Positions 38,574 to 48,970 of a stretch of DNA of 64,000 bases are shown one piece after another; the first letter of the stretch is position 1; every line of letters starts with the position of its first letter. The position numbers were made by a program, and so were the translations under genes. Source of the stretch: a virus (taxonomy: Duplodnaviria; Caudoviricetes); the IMG/VR virus record IMGVR_UViG_2643221578_000002, positions 19,782 through 83,781 of that record, one strand, 5' to 3'. The notes beneath the pieces are model-generated. The model saw only the letters and a list, made by a program, of their open reading frames with translations, did not search any database and was not told where the DNA came from.

Positions 38574-39203
38574 ATGCCTGAAGAGACCGAGAGCACCGAG
38601 CAGCAGCAGGCCGATACCGGCACCGAGGAGACCGTCGAGGAGACGGCGACCGAGGAGAGCGGCACCGAGTCCGCGGGCGACGCCCAGGAGGCAGAGGCCG
38701 AGGACAAGCCGTTCGACCGGAAGAAGTTCGAGGCGGAGCTGCGGAAGAAGAACAGCGAGGCCGCGAACCTCCGCAAGCGGCTCAAGGAGCAGGAGCCTCT
38801 GCTCGCCGAGCTGCGGAAGCGGAAGGACGCCGAGAAGTCCGACACGGACCGACTCAACGACCAGCTGACCGATGCCCAGGAGCAGATCACCAAGACGCGT
38901 CAGCGACTGGTGCGCTCCCAGGTGCAGGCCCTGGCGATGACGGGGTTCGCGGACCCGGAGGACGCGGTCGGCGCGCTGGATCTGAACTCGTACATCGACT
39001 CTGACGGCGACATCGACGAGGCGGCCATTAAGGCGGACCTCGACGCGCTCCTGGAGCGCAAGCCGCACTGGGCGAAGGCCCAGCCCCAGGAGGGCCCGCG
39101 GCGTCCCGCACCGGATCGCACACAGGCGTCCGGCGCCAACAAGAGCAGGCCCCCCGCACCCGGCGATGAGTTTGCCGGCTGGCTGAAGCCGCAGCTCAAG
39201 TAG
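38574..39203 (+). CDS. Capsid scaffolding protein
   Basis: Acidic N-terminus, coiled coil, directly before the capsid gene. Confidence 0.8.
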   Translation: MPEETESTEQQQADTGTEETVEETATEESGTESAGDAQEAEAEDKPFDRKKFEAELRKKNSEAANLRKRLKEQEPLLAELRKRKDAEKSDTDRLNDQLTDAQEQITKTRQRLVRSQVQALAMTGFADPEDAVGALDLNSYIDSDGDIDEAAIKADLDALLERKPHWAKAQPQEGPRRPAPDRTQASGANKSRPPAPGDEFAGWLKPQLK

Positions 39204-39223
39204 CTGCAGAGAAAGAGGACACC

Positions 39224-40180
39224 ATGGCGGTCACCGCCCCCCTGAAGATTTCTGATGTCAACGATGCGCTTCTGCCGCGGACGCTGGCCGGGCCCATCTT
39301 CGAGAAGTCCGTCGAGCAGTCGGCGGTGATGGCGCTGGCGCGCCAGGCGCCGCTGGCTCTGGACGCGACGACGTCGGTCCCGATCCCGATGGACGTTCCG
39401 ACCGCTGACTGGGTGGGGCAGGCGGCGCGGAAGCCCCTGTCGACCTCGTCCGTCGGCGTGAAGCAGATGACGGCGAAGAAGCTCGCCGTTCTCATCCCGG
39501 TCGCCGAAGAGGTCGTCATGACCAACTCCGGCGGTCTGTGGACCCAGCTCCAGACGGACCTCCCGACGGCGTTCGCCCGCGCCTTCGACCACGCTGCGAT
39601 CCACGGCAAGACGATGAAGGGCGCCACCGGCCCCTTTACCGACTACCTCGCCATGACCAGCAACGCGGTGGCGCTGGGTACGGCCACGCAGGCGCAGGGC
39701 GGGATCTGGGCGGACTTCGTCAACGGCATGGCCGAGGTCATCGACGAGGACTGGGACTACACCGGTACCGTCGCTGACCACCGGCTGAAGCCCAGTCTGC
39801 TGCTGGCGACGGACACCACGGGCCGGCCGATCCTGGTCGACACGACGGTTCCGGGGACGCAGATGGCGTCGGCGGGCACCCTGATCGGTGAGCCGCTCGC
39901 GTACTCGCGCTCGGTCTCCGGCAAGCAGCGCCGCCAGTCGGCGAGCTCGGACACGGGTCTGCGTGCGATCGGCGGTGACTGGTCCCAGGCCGCCTACGGC
40001 GTGGGCATGGACATCACCGTGCGGATCTCCAAGGAGGCGACCTACGTCGACGAGGAGGGCGGCGTTCACTCGGCGTTCCAGGAGAACCTGGTTCTCCTCC
40101 TGGCGGAGGCGTACTACGGCTACGTGCAGGGTGACGCGGACGCGTTCGTGAAGTACACCGGCACTCCCTCGGGGTCCTGA
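39224..40180 (+). CDS. Major capsid protein (HK97 fold)
   Basis: WVGQAARKP, KKLAVLIPV.EE, FDHAAIHG, DTTGRPI, GDWSQ, FQENLV. Confidence 0.92.
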   Translation: MAVTAPLKISDVNDALLPRTLAGPIFEKSVEQSAVMALARQAPLALDATTSVPIPMDVPTADWVGQAARKPLSTSSVGVKQMTAKKLAVLIPVAEEVVMTNSGGLWTQLQTDLPTAFARAFDHAAIHGKTMKGATGPFTDYLAMTSNAVALGTATQAQGGIWADFVNGMAEVIDEDWDYTGTVADHRLKPSLLLATDTTGRPILVDTTVPGTQMASAGTLIGEPLAYSRSVSGKQRRQSASSDTGLRAIGGDWSQAAYGVGMDITVRISKEATYVDEEGGVHSAFQENLVLLLAEAYYGYVQGDADAFVKYTGTPSGS

Positions 40181-41211
40181 TGGCGGCCGTCCCGGCTTCC
40201 GCGCCGGGCGGGACGGCTAAGCCTCTCCGGATCGTGGCCAGGGTGCATGCGATGCCTCCGGAGCACAACGCGGGGGCCGAGCACATGCTCGTCTCGATGC
40301 TCCGCCCGCTGGTGGAGCGTGGCCACGATGTGTCCGTGTGGCTGTCCCGGTACGGGAAGGCTCACAAGGAGTACGAGTACCGGGGCATCAAGGTGGTGCC
40401 GCTGGAGTCGAGGCTCGACTTCCCGACCGCGGTCCGCAGGGCCGATGTCCTCGTGTCGCATCTGGAGACGGTGCCGTCGACGGCATCCCTGGCCCGTGGG
40501 TACGGGGTGCCGTTGGTGGTGGTGTGCCACAACACTCACAGGCCGACGTTCCGTGACGCTGCTGCTGGCGGGACAGCCCTGGCCGTCTACAACAGCCAGT
40601 GGATGCAGGCGGAGGCGGAGCTCTTCTACGCGGAGTTCCCGAAGTCGGTCCGGCCGGCGTCCGAGCTGATCGTGCGTCCGCCGGTGTTCGCCGCCGAGTA
40701 CGCGACGGAGCCCGGCAAGGCGATCACTCTGGTCAACTGCAACCCGGAGAAGGGCGGCAAGGTGCTGGCCGCGCTGGCCCGCCGGATGCCGGACCAGCAG
40801 TTCCTCGCCGTGAAGGGCGCCTACGGGGAGCAGATCCTCCCGGACCTGCCGAACGTCGAGATCGTCGACCACGTGCGTGGTGAGGGCATGCGGGAGCAGG
40901 TGTACGGCCGCACGAAGGTGCTGCTCATGCCGTCCTCCTACGAGTCGTGGGGTCGGGCCGGCGTCGAGGCGTTGGCGAGCGGTATCCCGGTGGTGGCTCA
41001 CCCCACGCCGGGGCTGACGGAGTCGCTGGGCGAGGCCGGGGTTTTCGTGGACCGCGAGGATCTCGACGGATACGAGGCGGTCCTCCGGAAGTTGTTGACG
41101 GCCCCGGAGTATCGGCTGGCGTCGAAGCGGGCGAAGGCCCGGTCTGCCGAGTTGAATCCCGCCGCCGAGTTGGCGGAGTGGTGCACCGCGATCGAGGGCC
41201 TGGCCCGCTAG
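40180..41211 (+). CDS. GT-B fold (family 4-like) glycosyltransferase
   Basis: AGAEHML, EKGG, LMPSSYESWGRAGVEALASGIPVV (E-X7-E); TGATG overlap with the capsid stop. Confidence 0.9.
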   Translation: MAAVPASAPGGTAKPLRIVARVHAMPPEHNAGAEHMLVSMLRPLVERGHDVSVWLSRYGKAHKEYEYRGIKVVPLESRLDFPTAVRRADVLVSHLETVPSTASLARGYGVPLVVVCHNTHRPTFRDAAAGGTALAVYNSQWMQAEAELFYAEFPKSVRPASELIVRPPVFAAEYATEPGKAITLVNCNPEKGGKVLAALARRMPDQQFLAVKGAYGEQILPDLPNVEIVDHVRGEGMREQVYGRTKVLLMPSSYESWGRAGVEALASGIPVVAHPTPGLTESLGEAGVFVDREDLDGYEAVLRKLLTAPEYRLASKRAKARSAELNPAAELAEWCTAIEGLAR

Positions 41212-41220
41212 GAGGTCACC

Positions 41221-41631
41221 GTGGCGTTCGTGTCCCCGACTGCTGAGCAGCTGGGCATGTACCTGGGCATGGCGGAGATCGACGGCGACAGGGCTGACCT
41301 ACTGATTCAGCAGGCGGTGTCGCTGGCCGAGTCGGTGGTGAAGCCACTGCCCGATCAGGCGACCGCTGTCGTCCTGTCTGTGGCCGGCCGGGCCTACGTC
41401 AATCCGCAGCAGGTGTCTTACGAGACGATCGGCCCGATGTCGGTGCAGCGACCCAGCGGAAGCGGGGGCCTGTACCTCACGAAGGCCGACAAGGCGGCGC
41501 TGAAGTCGCTCGCGGGCCGCGGCGGCGCGTTCACCGTGGATCCGACGCCGGCTTCGGCGGATCCGTCGCCGACGTGGCCGATCGATGACACCTTCTTCGG
41601 TGATGACGTCTTCGAGCCGGGGTGGTCGTGA
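41221..41631 (+). CDS. Head-to-tail adaptor
   Basis: VVLSVAGRAYVNPQQV..ETIGP...GLYLT; synteny. Confidence 0.75.
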   Translation: MAFVSPTAEQLGMYLGMAEIDGDRADLLIQQAVSLAESVVKPLPDQATAVVLSVAGRAYVNPQQVSYETIGPMSVQRPSGSGGLYLTKADKAALKSLAGRGGAFTVDPTPASADPSPTWPIDDTFFGDDVFEPGWS

Positions 41632-41993
41632 TGCCTGCCCCATATCCGTATGGGGAGACGGTGCGGATCCTGCGTACCGGGACGTCTCCCGGTCGGGATC
41701 CTCGCGGCCAGCCGCTACCGGGGCCCGATGAGTCGTTTGACCTTCCGGGGTGCGTGGTTGCGCCTCGCGCTGAGACGCCGCAGGTCGGTGGAGATGAGCA
41801 GCAGGCCCGGGACACGGTGATCGTCGGATACACGGTGTACGCCCCGCCGGGGAGTTCGGTCCGCACCACGGACCGGGTTCGGATCCGCGGCGAGACGTGC
41901 GAGGTCACCGGGTGGCCTGGCGACTGGGGGAAGTCCCCGTTCACCGGCACGGCCGGTCCGGTCCAGTTTGCTGCAGACCGCGTGACCGGCTAG
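41631..41993 (+). CDS. Head-to-tail stopper
   Basis: DPRGQP...TVYAP...DRVRIRG..CEVTG; synteny. Confidence 0.7.
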   Translation: MPAPYPYGETVRILRTGTSPGRDPRGQPLPGPDESFDLPGCVVAPRAETPQVGGDEQQARDTVIVGYTVYAPPGSSVRTTDRVRIRGETCEVTGWPGDWGKSPFTGTAGPVQFAADRVTG

Positions 41994-42037
41994 TCCCTGG
42001 GGCCATGCCGCCGCCCCCTATGCGAGTCGAGGTGGCC

Positions 42038-42376
42038 ATGATGCCTGCTCGTTTCAGGATGTCCAAGAAGGGTGTTGGGCAGCTGCTCAACTCTCCGATG
42101 GTTGCTTCCGAGATGCTGCGCCGGGCCGAGGTGATCAAGGGTGTTGCTGAGGCGATATCGCCTGTGGGTGGCCCCGGTGATCCGCATAGCGGTGCTTACA
42201 AGGAGTCGTGGCAGGCGGACGTGAAGAAGAAGGCCGTGGGGCGATCACGGAAGCGGCGGCCGGTTGGCGTGGTGTCGAATCCCGTCCACTACGCCCGCTG
42301 GGTGGAGTACGGCACCGAGAAGGTCCGGGCGCACCACGTGCTGCTGAGGGCCGCTCAGGCTGGCGGTGGTCGCTGA
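42038..42376 (+). CDS. HK97 gp10-like neck protein
   Basis: SP...SGAYKESW...YARWVEYGT. Confidence 0.75.
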   Translation: MMPARFRMSKKGVGQLLNSPMVASEMLRRAEVIKGVAEAISPVGGPGDPHSGAYKESWQADVKKKAVGRSRKRRPVGVVSNPVHYARWVEYGTEKVRAHHVLLRAAQAGGGR

Positions 42377-42555
42377 TGGGCGCGACTGCGCATGTCGCCC
42401 CGCTTGACGATCTCATTGAGCACGATACGGGCGGCGATGAGCCGTCCTGTGTCTGTGGCCCGGAGGCTGTCCCGGTTGAGATCGGCTGGCTGGTCGTCTG
42501 GGTCTACGTGCATGCCACGCTCGACGGCCGCGAGTTCGCTGAGGAGGTTCCGTGA
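42376..42555 (+). CDS. Small His/Cys protein inserted in the neck genes
   Basis: HVAPLDDLIEH...CVCGP...VHATLDGRE; overlaps both neighbours. Confidence 0.55.
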   Translation: MGATAHVAPLDDLIEHDTGGDEPSCVCGPEAVPVEIGWLVVWVYVHATLDGREFAEEVP

Positions 42556-42944
42556 CAGCGCTCCTCGACATCGAGGCGGAGCTGATCGGCAGAGCCACCC
42601 CGGTGTGGCCCACCGCCGTGGTCCGCGACGAGCTCGACAACAACCTCCTCGCCGAACTGCCGACGATCCAGTTCGAGCAGGTCCCCGGCGGGGGCGAAGA
42701 CGGGCTACGGCTCGCCCGCGCCCTCGTCGACATGAACATCTACGCCAGCACCCGGGCCGGGGCGTTCGCCCTGGCCATCGAGGTACACAACTGGCTGACC
42801 CGCACAGTGCGAGGAAGCACCAGCGCCACCGCGGTGATCGGCCGTGTCGGCTGCCTGACCCTGCCCGCCGTTCGCCCCTACGAGAACGTCGGTCTCCGCC
42901 GCGTCGGCGGCACCTACGAGATCTTCTTTCACCCGGTCTCCTGA
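42552..42944 (+). CDS. Tail terminator protein
   Basis: Synteny; LPTIQFEQVPGG..D...VDMNIYA. Confidence 0.7.
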   Translation: MTALLDIEAELIGRATPVWPTAVVRDELDNNLLAELPTIQFEQVPGGGEDGLRLARALVDMNIYASTRAGAFALAIEVHNWLTRTVRGSTSATAVIGRVGCLTLPAVRPYENVGLRRVGGTYEIFFHPVS

Positions 42945-43013
42945 CCGCTTCTTGGGCCCGCGCCGTGCCCTGTCCCGCCCGTGCGCGGGCTCTTCCATGT
43001 CTGGAGACTCATC

Positions 43014-43601
43014 ATGGTCAACATCACCCGCGCCGCTGACCTGGCGCTTGTCGGAGCGAACGGTGGGGGCTGGGTGTCGCCGGTGGATACGGCGGCCCCT
43101 GCTTCGCCGCTTGCTCAGCCGGCGTCTCCGTGGGAGCCGCTGGGGGCGATCTCGGACGACGGTCTGACCTACGGGTTCGACGAGGACAGTCAGACCTTCA
43201 CTCCGTGGGGCCTCACGTCGCCGTTCCGCACGCAGATCACCCAGTCGATCCGGACGTTCAACCTGACGGTGTGGGAGACCAGCCGCGTCGCGGTGCAGTC
43301 GCTGCAGTACCGCCTGGACCCGGCCGAGCTGGAGCCGGACGGTGAGGGCCTGACGAAGTACGCGGAGACCGCGTCCCCGGTCCCTGACCGGCGGGCGTTC
43401 TGGTTCCTCGTCATCGACGGCGACGCCTACAAGGGTTTCTACGTCCCCCAGGGTGAGATCAACGACCGCAGCGATGTCACGTTCAAGCAGGACGAGATGT
43501 CCGGCTACGAGTGGACGATCACCACGTACCCCGACGCGGCCGGCAACACCGTCTACCACGTCGACAAGATCCCCGTGACACCTGAGTACACGGGCTCCTG
43601 A
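43014..43601 (+). CDS. Major tail protein
   Basis: LGAISDDGL...PWG...YEWTITTYPD; synteny. Confidence 0.85.
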   Translation: MVNITRAADLALVGANGGGWVSPVDTAAPASPLAQPASPWEPLGAISDDGLTYGFDEDSQTFTPWGLTSPFRTQITQSIRTFNLTVWETSRVAVQSLQYRLDPAELEPDGEGLTKYAETASPVPDRRAFWFLVIDGDAYKGFYVPQGEINDRSDVTFKQDEMSGYEWTITTYPDAAGNTVYHVDKIPVTPEYTGS

Positions 43602-43693
43602 GCTGGGTGGGCGGGTCATCACTGCTGGCGCGGGCCCGACCCGCCCACCCTTCATTCTTCTGCCCGCGCCACGATTTGAGGAGGCCCGCGCCG

Positions 43694-44514
43694 ATGGCCG
43701 CGAACAGCCGCACCACCGCCCGAAAGACCACTGCCCGACCCGCCCGTACTCCGCGCGAGCTCGCGCCGGCACCGCGGGAGGACGACTTCGACGACGCGAC
43801 CCCTGCCGAGGCTCAGGAGATCGAGGCTGAGGGGCACTTCGTGACGGCGATGCTCGCCGACGAGGAGATCCGCATCGTCCCGCCGGGGGCGTGGAGGCAG
43901 TCGTGGCAGACGGCGCTTTCCAACGCGAACTTCACGTTCTTCGCTGAGCAGGTCGTCCACCCGGACGACCTGGACCTGTACTTCGAGATCGACCCGACGA
44001 ACGACGAGTTCGAAGCGTTCGTGGCGGAGGCTGCCCGGCGCGGTGGTGAGAGCCTGGGGAAATCGCGTGGACCCTCCGGGTCGTCGAGGCGCATGCGGAG
44101 GCAGTAGAAGCCGACCTGTGGCGCTACTACCAGCGGGACCTGCTGGATGTGCACCGCGGGGACATGTCGTGGCGGCAGTTGCGGGTGCTGATCCAGCATC
44201 TGCCACCTGAGTCTGCCACGATGACCGGCCTGCGGAACGCACTGTCTCCGGAGGAGTACGAGGAGCAGGCGCAGTCCGGAAGGCCGGAAGAGGGTCGTTG
44301 GTCGGTGGACCAGCAGCTTCTTGCCGGGATCACTGATGCGCTGCAGCAGGTCCAGTACATCCTCGTGCGTGCGAACAGTGATGGTAAGGGGCCGAAGCCC
44401 AAGCGGCCGGAGCCGATACGCCGACCGGGTGTGGGTGGCCCGAAGAAGCGCGACAAGATCAACGAGGCGCAGGCGAACACTCTCTTCAAGCTGATCAACG
44501 GCGGCGCGGCCTGA
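43694..44514 (+). CDS. Tail assembly chaperones (43694-44107 and a -1 frameshifted extension to 44514)
   Basis: Slippery G GGG AAA at 44056-44062; the -1 frame is open (GEIAWTLRVV...EADLWRYY) and continuous with ORF 44149-44514. Confidence 0.85.
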
Positions 44515-44533
44515 CGCGCGGGAGGAGGCTCCC

Positions 44534-47500
44534 GTGGCGATCAGTGTCGGTTCGGTCGAAGTCGACGTCATACCGAACACCCGGGGCATCTACCAGCAGC
44601 TCCAGCGTGGACTTGTGCCCGCCGCGACGCGTGCGGGCGAGGATGCGGGCAACGCCGCGGGCCGGTCATTCGGTCCGGCGATGCAGGGACAGGTCGGTGA
44701 CATCGGCCTGCGTATTGGGCAGCAGATCGGCCAGCAGATCGCTTCTCGTATCACTGCGGAGATCCGTGGTTCGCTGCGGCAGGGCGTGACCCAGGGCGGT
44801 GCGGCGGCACGTGCGTCGGCGGTCCGGCAGGGTGATGAGACGGGCGGGGCCTTCTCCCGGGCGTTGAAGACGCGCTTGGAGGCGGCTTTCCGCTCCCTCC
44901 CGAAGATCACGATCGATGCGAACACATCCGAGGCCGACGCCGATCTCCAGGCGCTGCGGGTCCGTATGGAGACCCTCGCGAACAAGCGCATCGGCATTGA
45001 CATCGAAGCCGGGGCGGCGAAGGCCGAGATCAAGCTGATCGAGGCCGAGCTGACCCGCCTCGGAGCAAGGCACCCGAACGTGCAGGTGCGGGCCGACACG
45101 GCAAGGGCCATCGCCGAGCTGACCGCTGTGCGGGCACAGATCGCCGCTGTCGACGGAAAGACCGCCAGGGTCAACGTGAACACCACCGGTGCCGTGGGAG
45201 CGATCCTTCACTTGGCGGTTGCGATCGGCGGTCTGGCCCTCATACCGGCGATCCCTGTGCTCGCCGCGGGTATCGGTGCGATCGGTTCTGCCGCGGTCGC
45301 CGCTGGCGTCGGTGTCGGCGCTCTGGCCGCCGTCGCGGTCCCGGCGATCATCAGCATTGCCCAGGTCCTCCAGGCGCAGAAAGCCGCCCAGGACGCGGCG
45401 TCGGCCGCCACGATCAAGGGCGCCCAGGCGTCCGGTCAGGGTGCGTCGAAGGCCCTGCAGATGGCCGGGGCCCAGCAGGCTCTGGCGTCCGCGCATCGGA
45501 ACGCTGCCCGGCAGATCGCGCAGGCGCAGCAGGGTGTCGAGGACGCTGTCCGGTCGGCGTCGGAGGCGAACCGGCGGGCCGCCCAGCAGGTGACCCAGGC
45601 CCAGCAGTCGCTGGCCGACGCGGTACAGCAGGCTGCGGACCGTCAGCGGGACTCGGCTGAGTCGGTGGCGCGGGCCGAGGACTCGTTGGCGGATGCTCAG
45701 CGCACCGCCCGGCAGGCTCAGCAGGATCTGACGCAGGCCCGCCGGGACGCTGCCCAGCAGCTCACCGAGCTTGCTGATCGGGTGGCGAACGCCCAGCTGT
45801 CGGAACGTGACGCGGTCCTTGACGTGCAGGAGGCCCGTGCCCGACTGGATGCAGTGTCGGCAGCCGGCTCGAAGGCGACGCTGCTGGAGCAGCAGCGCGC
45901 CCAGCTCGCCTACGACCAGGCCACGCAGCGGCTCAAGGAGCAGCAGGCTGAGACGAAGGCTCTGTCCGCCGAGAAGCGGAAAGCTGACCGGGCCGGCGTC
46001 GAGGGTTCGGACACGGTGCGAGCCGCGCAGGAGCGTATCGCCGCCGCCGAGAAGGACGTCGCAGACCAAGGGAAAGCTCTGGCGAAGGCCCGCGATGATG
46101 CGGCCCGGCAGAACATCCGATCGCAGCAGGATCTTGCGGAGGCCCAGGAGAAGGTCGCCGAGTCGCAGCGCAACGTCGCCACAACACAGGCGGACGGTGC
46201 GCGGTCGGTTCAGCGTGCCCAGGAGTCGTTGGCCGCCGCCCAGCAGTCCGCCGCGGAGTCGGTGGCGTCTGCTCAGCGTCAGGTTGCCTCCGCCGCGCAG
46301 TCTGCGGCCGGGGGTGTGGATCAGGCTGCCGTCGCGCAGGCCAAGTACCAGGCCGAGCTGGCAAAGCTCACGCCGGCGGCGAGGGACACGTTCAGCGCGT
46401 TCACTTCGTTGCGGACGGCATTCACGTCATGGTCGAAGTCGCTGCAGCCGCAGGTCATGCCGATCTTCACTCGGGCACTGATCGGGCTGAAGAACAGCCT
46501 GCCCGGTCTGACGCCGTTCGTTCTTGCTGCTGCTCGCGCGATCGGGGAGCTGCAGGACCGGGTGTCGGCCGGCTTCAAGTCGCCGTGGTGGCAGGGGTTC
46601 AAGGCGGACCTGGCGGGCTCTGTGGAGCCCGCGATCGTCGGCCTGGGTGCTTCCTTCGGGCGGATCTTTAAGGGGATGGGCGGCATCGTCCAGGCGTTCC
46701 TGCCGCACATGGACTCGATCTCCCGCCGGATGCAGGAGATCACAGGCCGTTTCGCAACGTGGGGCACGAGCCTGAAGGGCAGCGAGAAGTTCGAGGGGTT
46801 CCTTGCCTACTCGTCGCGTATGGGTCCGGTGCTGGCGAAGGCGGTCGGTGACATCAGCAGCGCCTTCTACCAGATGGCAAAGGCTGTGTCCCCGCTGTCC
46901 GGCCCGGTTCTGAAAGCCCTGGGTGCTGTGGCTAGCGTTGTCGCGGAGATTGCCCGCGAGTTGCCGTGGCTGATCCAGCTGTTCTACGCGGTGTGGATCG
47001 CGACGAAGCTGTGGACCTTGGCGATGGTCGCGTTCAACTTGGTCTTGGCCGCGAACCCCATCACCCTGATCATCATCGCGGTCGTGGCGCTCGTCGCGGC
47101 CGTCGTCTACGCCTACAAGAACTTCGAGACGTTCCGGAACATCGTCAACGCAGCCTGGTCAGGCATCCAGACTGCAGCAATGTGGGCGTGGAACAACGTT
47201 CTCAAGCCTGTCTTCTCCGCGATCTGGGCGGGCCTGCAGACCATCGGCCGGTGGGCGACATGGTTGTGGAGCAACGTACTCAGCCCGGTGTTCAAGTTCA
47301 TCTGGACCGCGGCGAAGGTGCTGTTCACGATCGTTGTTGTGGCAGTGATTTTTCCGATCGTTGCCGCGATCAAGGTGCTTGGTGCCATTGCCGGGTGGCT
47401 ATGGAAGAACGCGATCGGGCCTGCGTTCAAGCAGATCGCGAAGGATGCCACCTGGCTGTGGAAGAACGTCCTGTCACCCGTGTTCGGGTGGATCGGCGAC

Positions 47501-48970
47501 AAGGCGAGATGGCTGTGGAACAACGCGGTCAAGCCTGCCTTCAACGCGTTCAAGGCTGACATGAAGGCTGTCGGCGATGGTGCCCGGTCTCTGTGGAAGA
47601 ACGTCATCAGCCCGGTCTTCGGGTGGATCGGCGACAGGGGCAAGTGGCTGTGGAACACAGCGTTGAAGCCTCAGTTCGAGCTGATCAAGAAGGGGCTCAA
47701 GGCGATCGGTGACTCCTTCCGCAGCACGAAGAACTACATCGACGAGCAGTGGTCGAAGTTGGCCGGGATCGCGAAGAAGCCGGTCACGTTCATCATCGAC
47801 CAGGTCTACAACAAGGGGATTCGGGGCGTCTGGAACACGGTTGCCGGAGCATTCGGAGCCCCGAAGCTGGACAAGTTCACCGGCTTCGCCCGAGGCGGCG
47901 TGCTGCCGGGCCAGTCAACGTTCCGGCAGGGCGACGACCAGCTCGTCCCCATGCGCCGCGGCGAGGGCGTGTACGTGTCGGAGGCGATGCGGGATCCGTA
48001 TGAGCGGGCACGTCTGCACGCGGTGAACGCCGCAGCGATGCGCGGGAAGCCGTTGTCTCCGTTCCAGGGGTTCGCGAAGGGCGGGATCTTCGACTGGGTG
48101 AAAGGCGCCGCGGGGAAGACCGTGGACCTGGCGAAGGCTGGGGCTGGCTGGTTGAAGGACGGGATCAAGGCGTCCGCGCAGGCTGGGCTGAACAAGGTCG
48201 TCAAGCCGCTGCTCAACAAGATTGCCGGGTCGAAGTCCCTGTATCGGGACATGATCTCCGGCATCCCGAAGAAGATGATCAGCAGCATTCTCGACTTCGG
48301 CGGCAAAGCCGACAGCAAGATGGAGGCGGCCGGGATCGGCGGAGGCGGCTTCAAAGCCGGTCTCAAGTGGGCGCGCACCCAGAACGGGCTGCCGTACCAG
48401 TGGGGCGGCAACGGCAACCCCAGCTGGGACTGCTCCGGCCTGGTCAGCGCCATCGAGTCCGTGATCCGCGGTCAGAAGCCGCACCGCCGCTGGGCCACCG
48501 GCAGCTTCTCCGGGAAGACGGCCCCGTCCGGCTGGCAGCTGGGCGGCAAATCGCCGTACATGATCGGCATCACGAACGCGGGTGTCGGTCACACGGCGGG
48601 CACCATCAACGGCGTCAACGTGGAGAGCAGGGGCGGCGACGGTGTCGTCATCGGGTCCAAGGCCCGCTCCTACAAGGACTCTCTGTTCACGCACCAGTAC
48701 GCCTACAAGGGCACCTACGACCAGGGCGGCTACCTCCAGCCCGGGTTGAACCTCGCCTACAACGGCACCGGCCGGCCCGAGCCCGTGTTCACCACCCAGC
48801 AGGCCAACGCGCTCAGCCGCGGCAGTGCCGGTGGCCCGTCCCGGTTCGAAGGCGACCTGTACCTCGATAGCGGCGAGTTCCTCGGCCGGGTTCGCGGTGA
48901 GGCCGCACAGGTGGTGGACGGGCGCTTCGGAGAGCTGACGCAGACACTGCGCGCGGGAAGGAGGCCCTGA
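44534..48970 (+). CDS. Tape measure protein with C-terminal NlpC/P60-like peptidase
   Basis: 1478 aa, Ala/Gln coiled coils, periodic Trp repeats, PYQWGG...DCSGLV...GHTA. Confidence 0.93.
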   Translation: MAISVGSVEVDVIPNTRGIYQQLQRGLVPAATRAGEDAGNAAGRSFGPAMQGQVGDIGLRIGQQIGQQIASRITAEIRGSLRQGVTQGGAAARASAVRQGDETGGAFSRALKTRLEAAFRSLPKITIDANTSEADADLQALRVRMETLANKRIGIDIEAGAAKAEIKLIEAELTRLGARHPNVQVRADTARAIAELTAVRAQIAAVDGKTARVNVNTTGAVGAILHLAVAIGGLALIPAIPVLAAGIGAIGSAAVAAGVGVGALAAVAVPAIISIAQVLQAQKAAQDAASAATIKGAQASGQGASKALQMAGAQQALASAHRNAARQIAQAQQGVEDAVRSASEANRRAAQQVTQAQQSLADAVQQAADRQRDSAESVARAEDSLADAQRTARQAQQDLTQARRDAAQQLTELADRVANAQLSERDAVLDVQEARARLDAVSAAGSKATLLEQQRAQLAYDQATQRLKEQQAETKALSAEKRKADRAGVEGSDTVRAAQERIAAAEKDVADQGKALAKARDDAARQNIRSQQDLAEAQEKVAESQRNVATTQADGARSVQRAQESLAAAQQSAAESVASAQRQVASAAQSAAGGVDQAAVAQAKYQAELAKLTPAARDTFSAFTSLRTAFTSWSKSLQPQVMPIFTRALIGLKNSLPGLTPFVLAAARAIGELQDRVSAGFKSPWWQGFKADLAGSVEPAIVGLGASFGRIFKGMGGIVQAFLPHMDSISRRMQEITGRFATWGTSLKGSEKFEGFLAYSSRMGPVLAKAVGDISSAFYQMAKAVSPLSGPVLKALGAVASVVAEIARELPWLIQLFYAVWIATKLWTLAMVAFNLVLAANPITLIIIAVVALVAAVVYAYKNFETFRNIVNAAWSGIQTAAMWAWNNVLKPVFSAIWAGLQTIGRWATWLWSNVLSPVFKFIWTAAKVLFTIVVVAVIFPIVAAIKVLGAIAGWLWKNAIGPAFKQIAKDATWLWKNVLSPVFGWIGDKARWLWNNAVKPAFNAFKADMKAVGDGARSLWKNVISPVFGWIGDRGKWLWNTALKPQFELIKKGLKAIGDSFRSTKNYIDEQWSKLAGIAKKPVTFIIDQVYNKGIRGVWNTVAGAFGAPKLDKFTGFARGGVLPGQSTFRQGDDQLVPMRRGEGVYVSEAMRDPYERARLHAVNAAAMRGKPLSPFQGFAKGGIFDWVKGAAGKTVDLAKAGAGWLKDGIKASAQAGLNKVVKPLLNKIAGSKSLYRDMISGIPKKMISSILDFGGKADSKMEAAGIGGGGFKAGLKWARTQNGLPYQWGGNGNPSWDCSGLVSAIESVIRGQKPHRRWATGSFSGKTAPSGWQLGGKSPYMIGITNAGVGHTAGTINGVNVESRGGDGVVIGSKARSYKDSLFTHQYAYKGTYDQGGYLQPGLNLAYNGTGRPEPVFTTQQANALSRGSAGGPSRFEGDLYLDSGEFLGRVRGEAAQVVDGRFGELTQTLRAGRRP

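Noticed and set aside
44056-44062. Programmed frameshift as a novelty
   Set aside because: Standard tail assembly chaperone -1 frameshift; recorded as a feature only
47100-47760. Tandem nucleotide repeats (TGGCTGTGGAAGAAC...GGGTGGATCGGCGACA) as a DGR or mobile repeat
   Set aside because: They encode the normal Trp-periodic repeats of a tape measure protein; no reverse transcriptase and no adenine-specific variation
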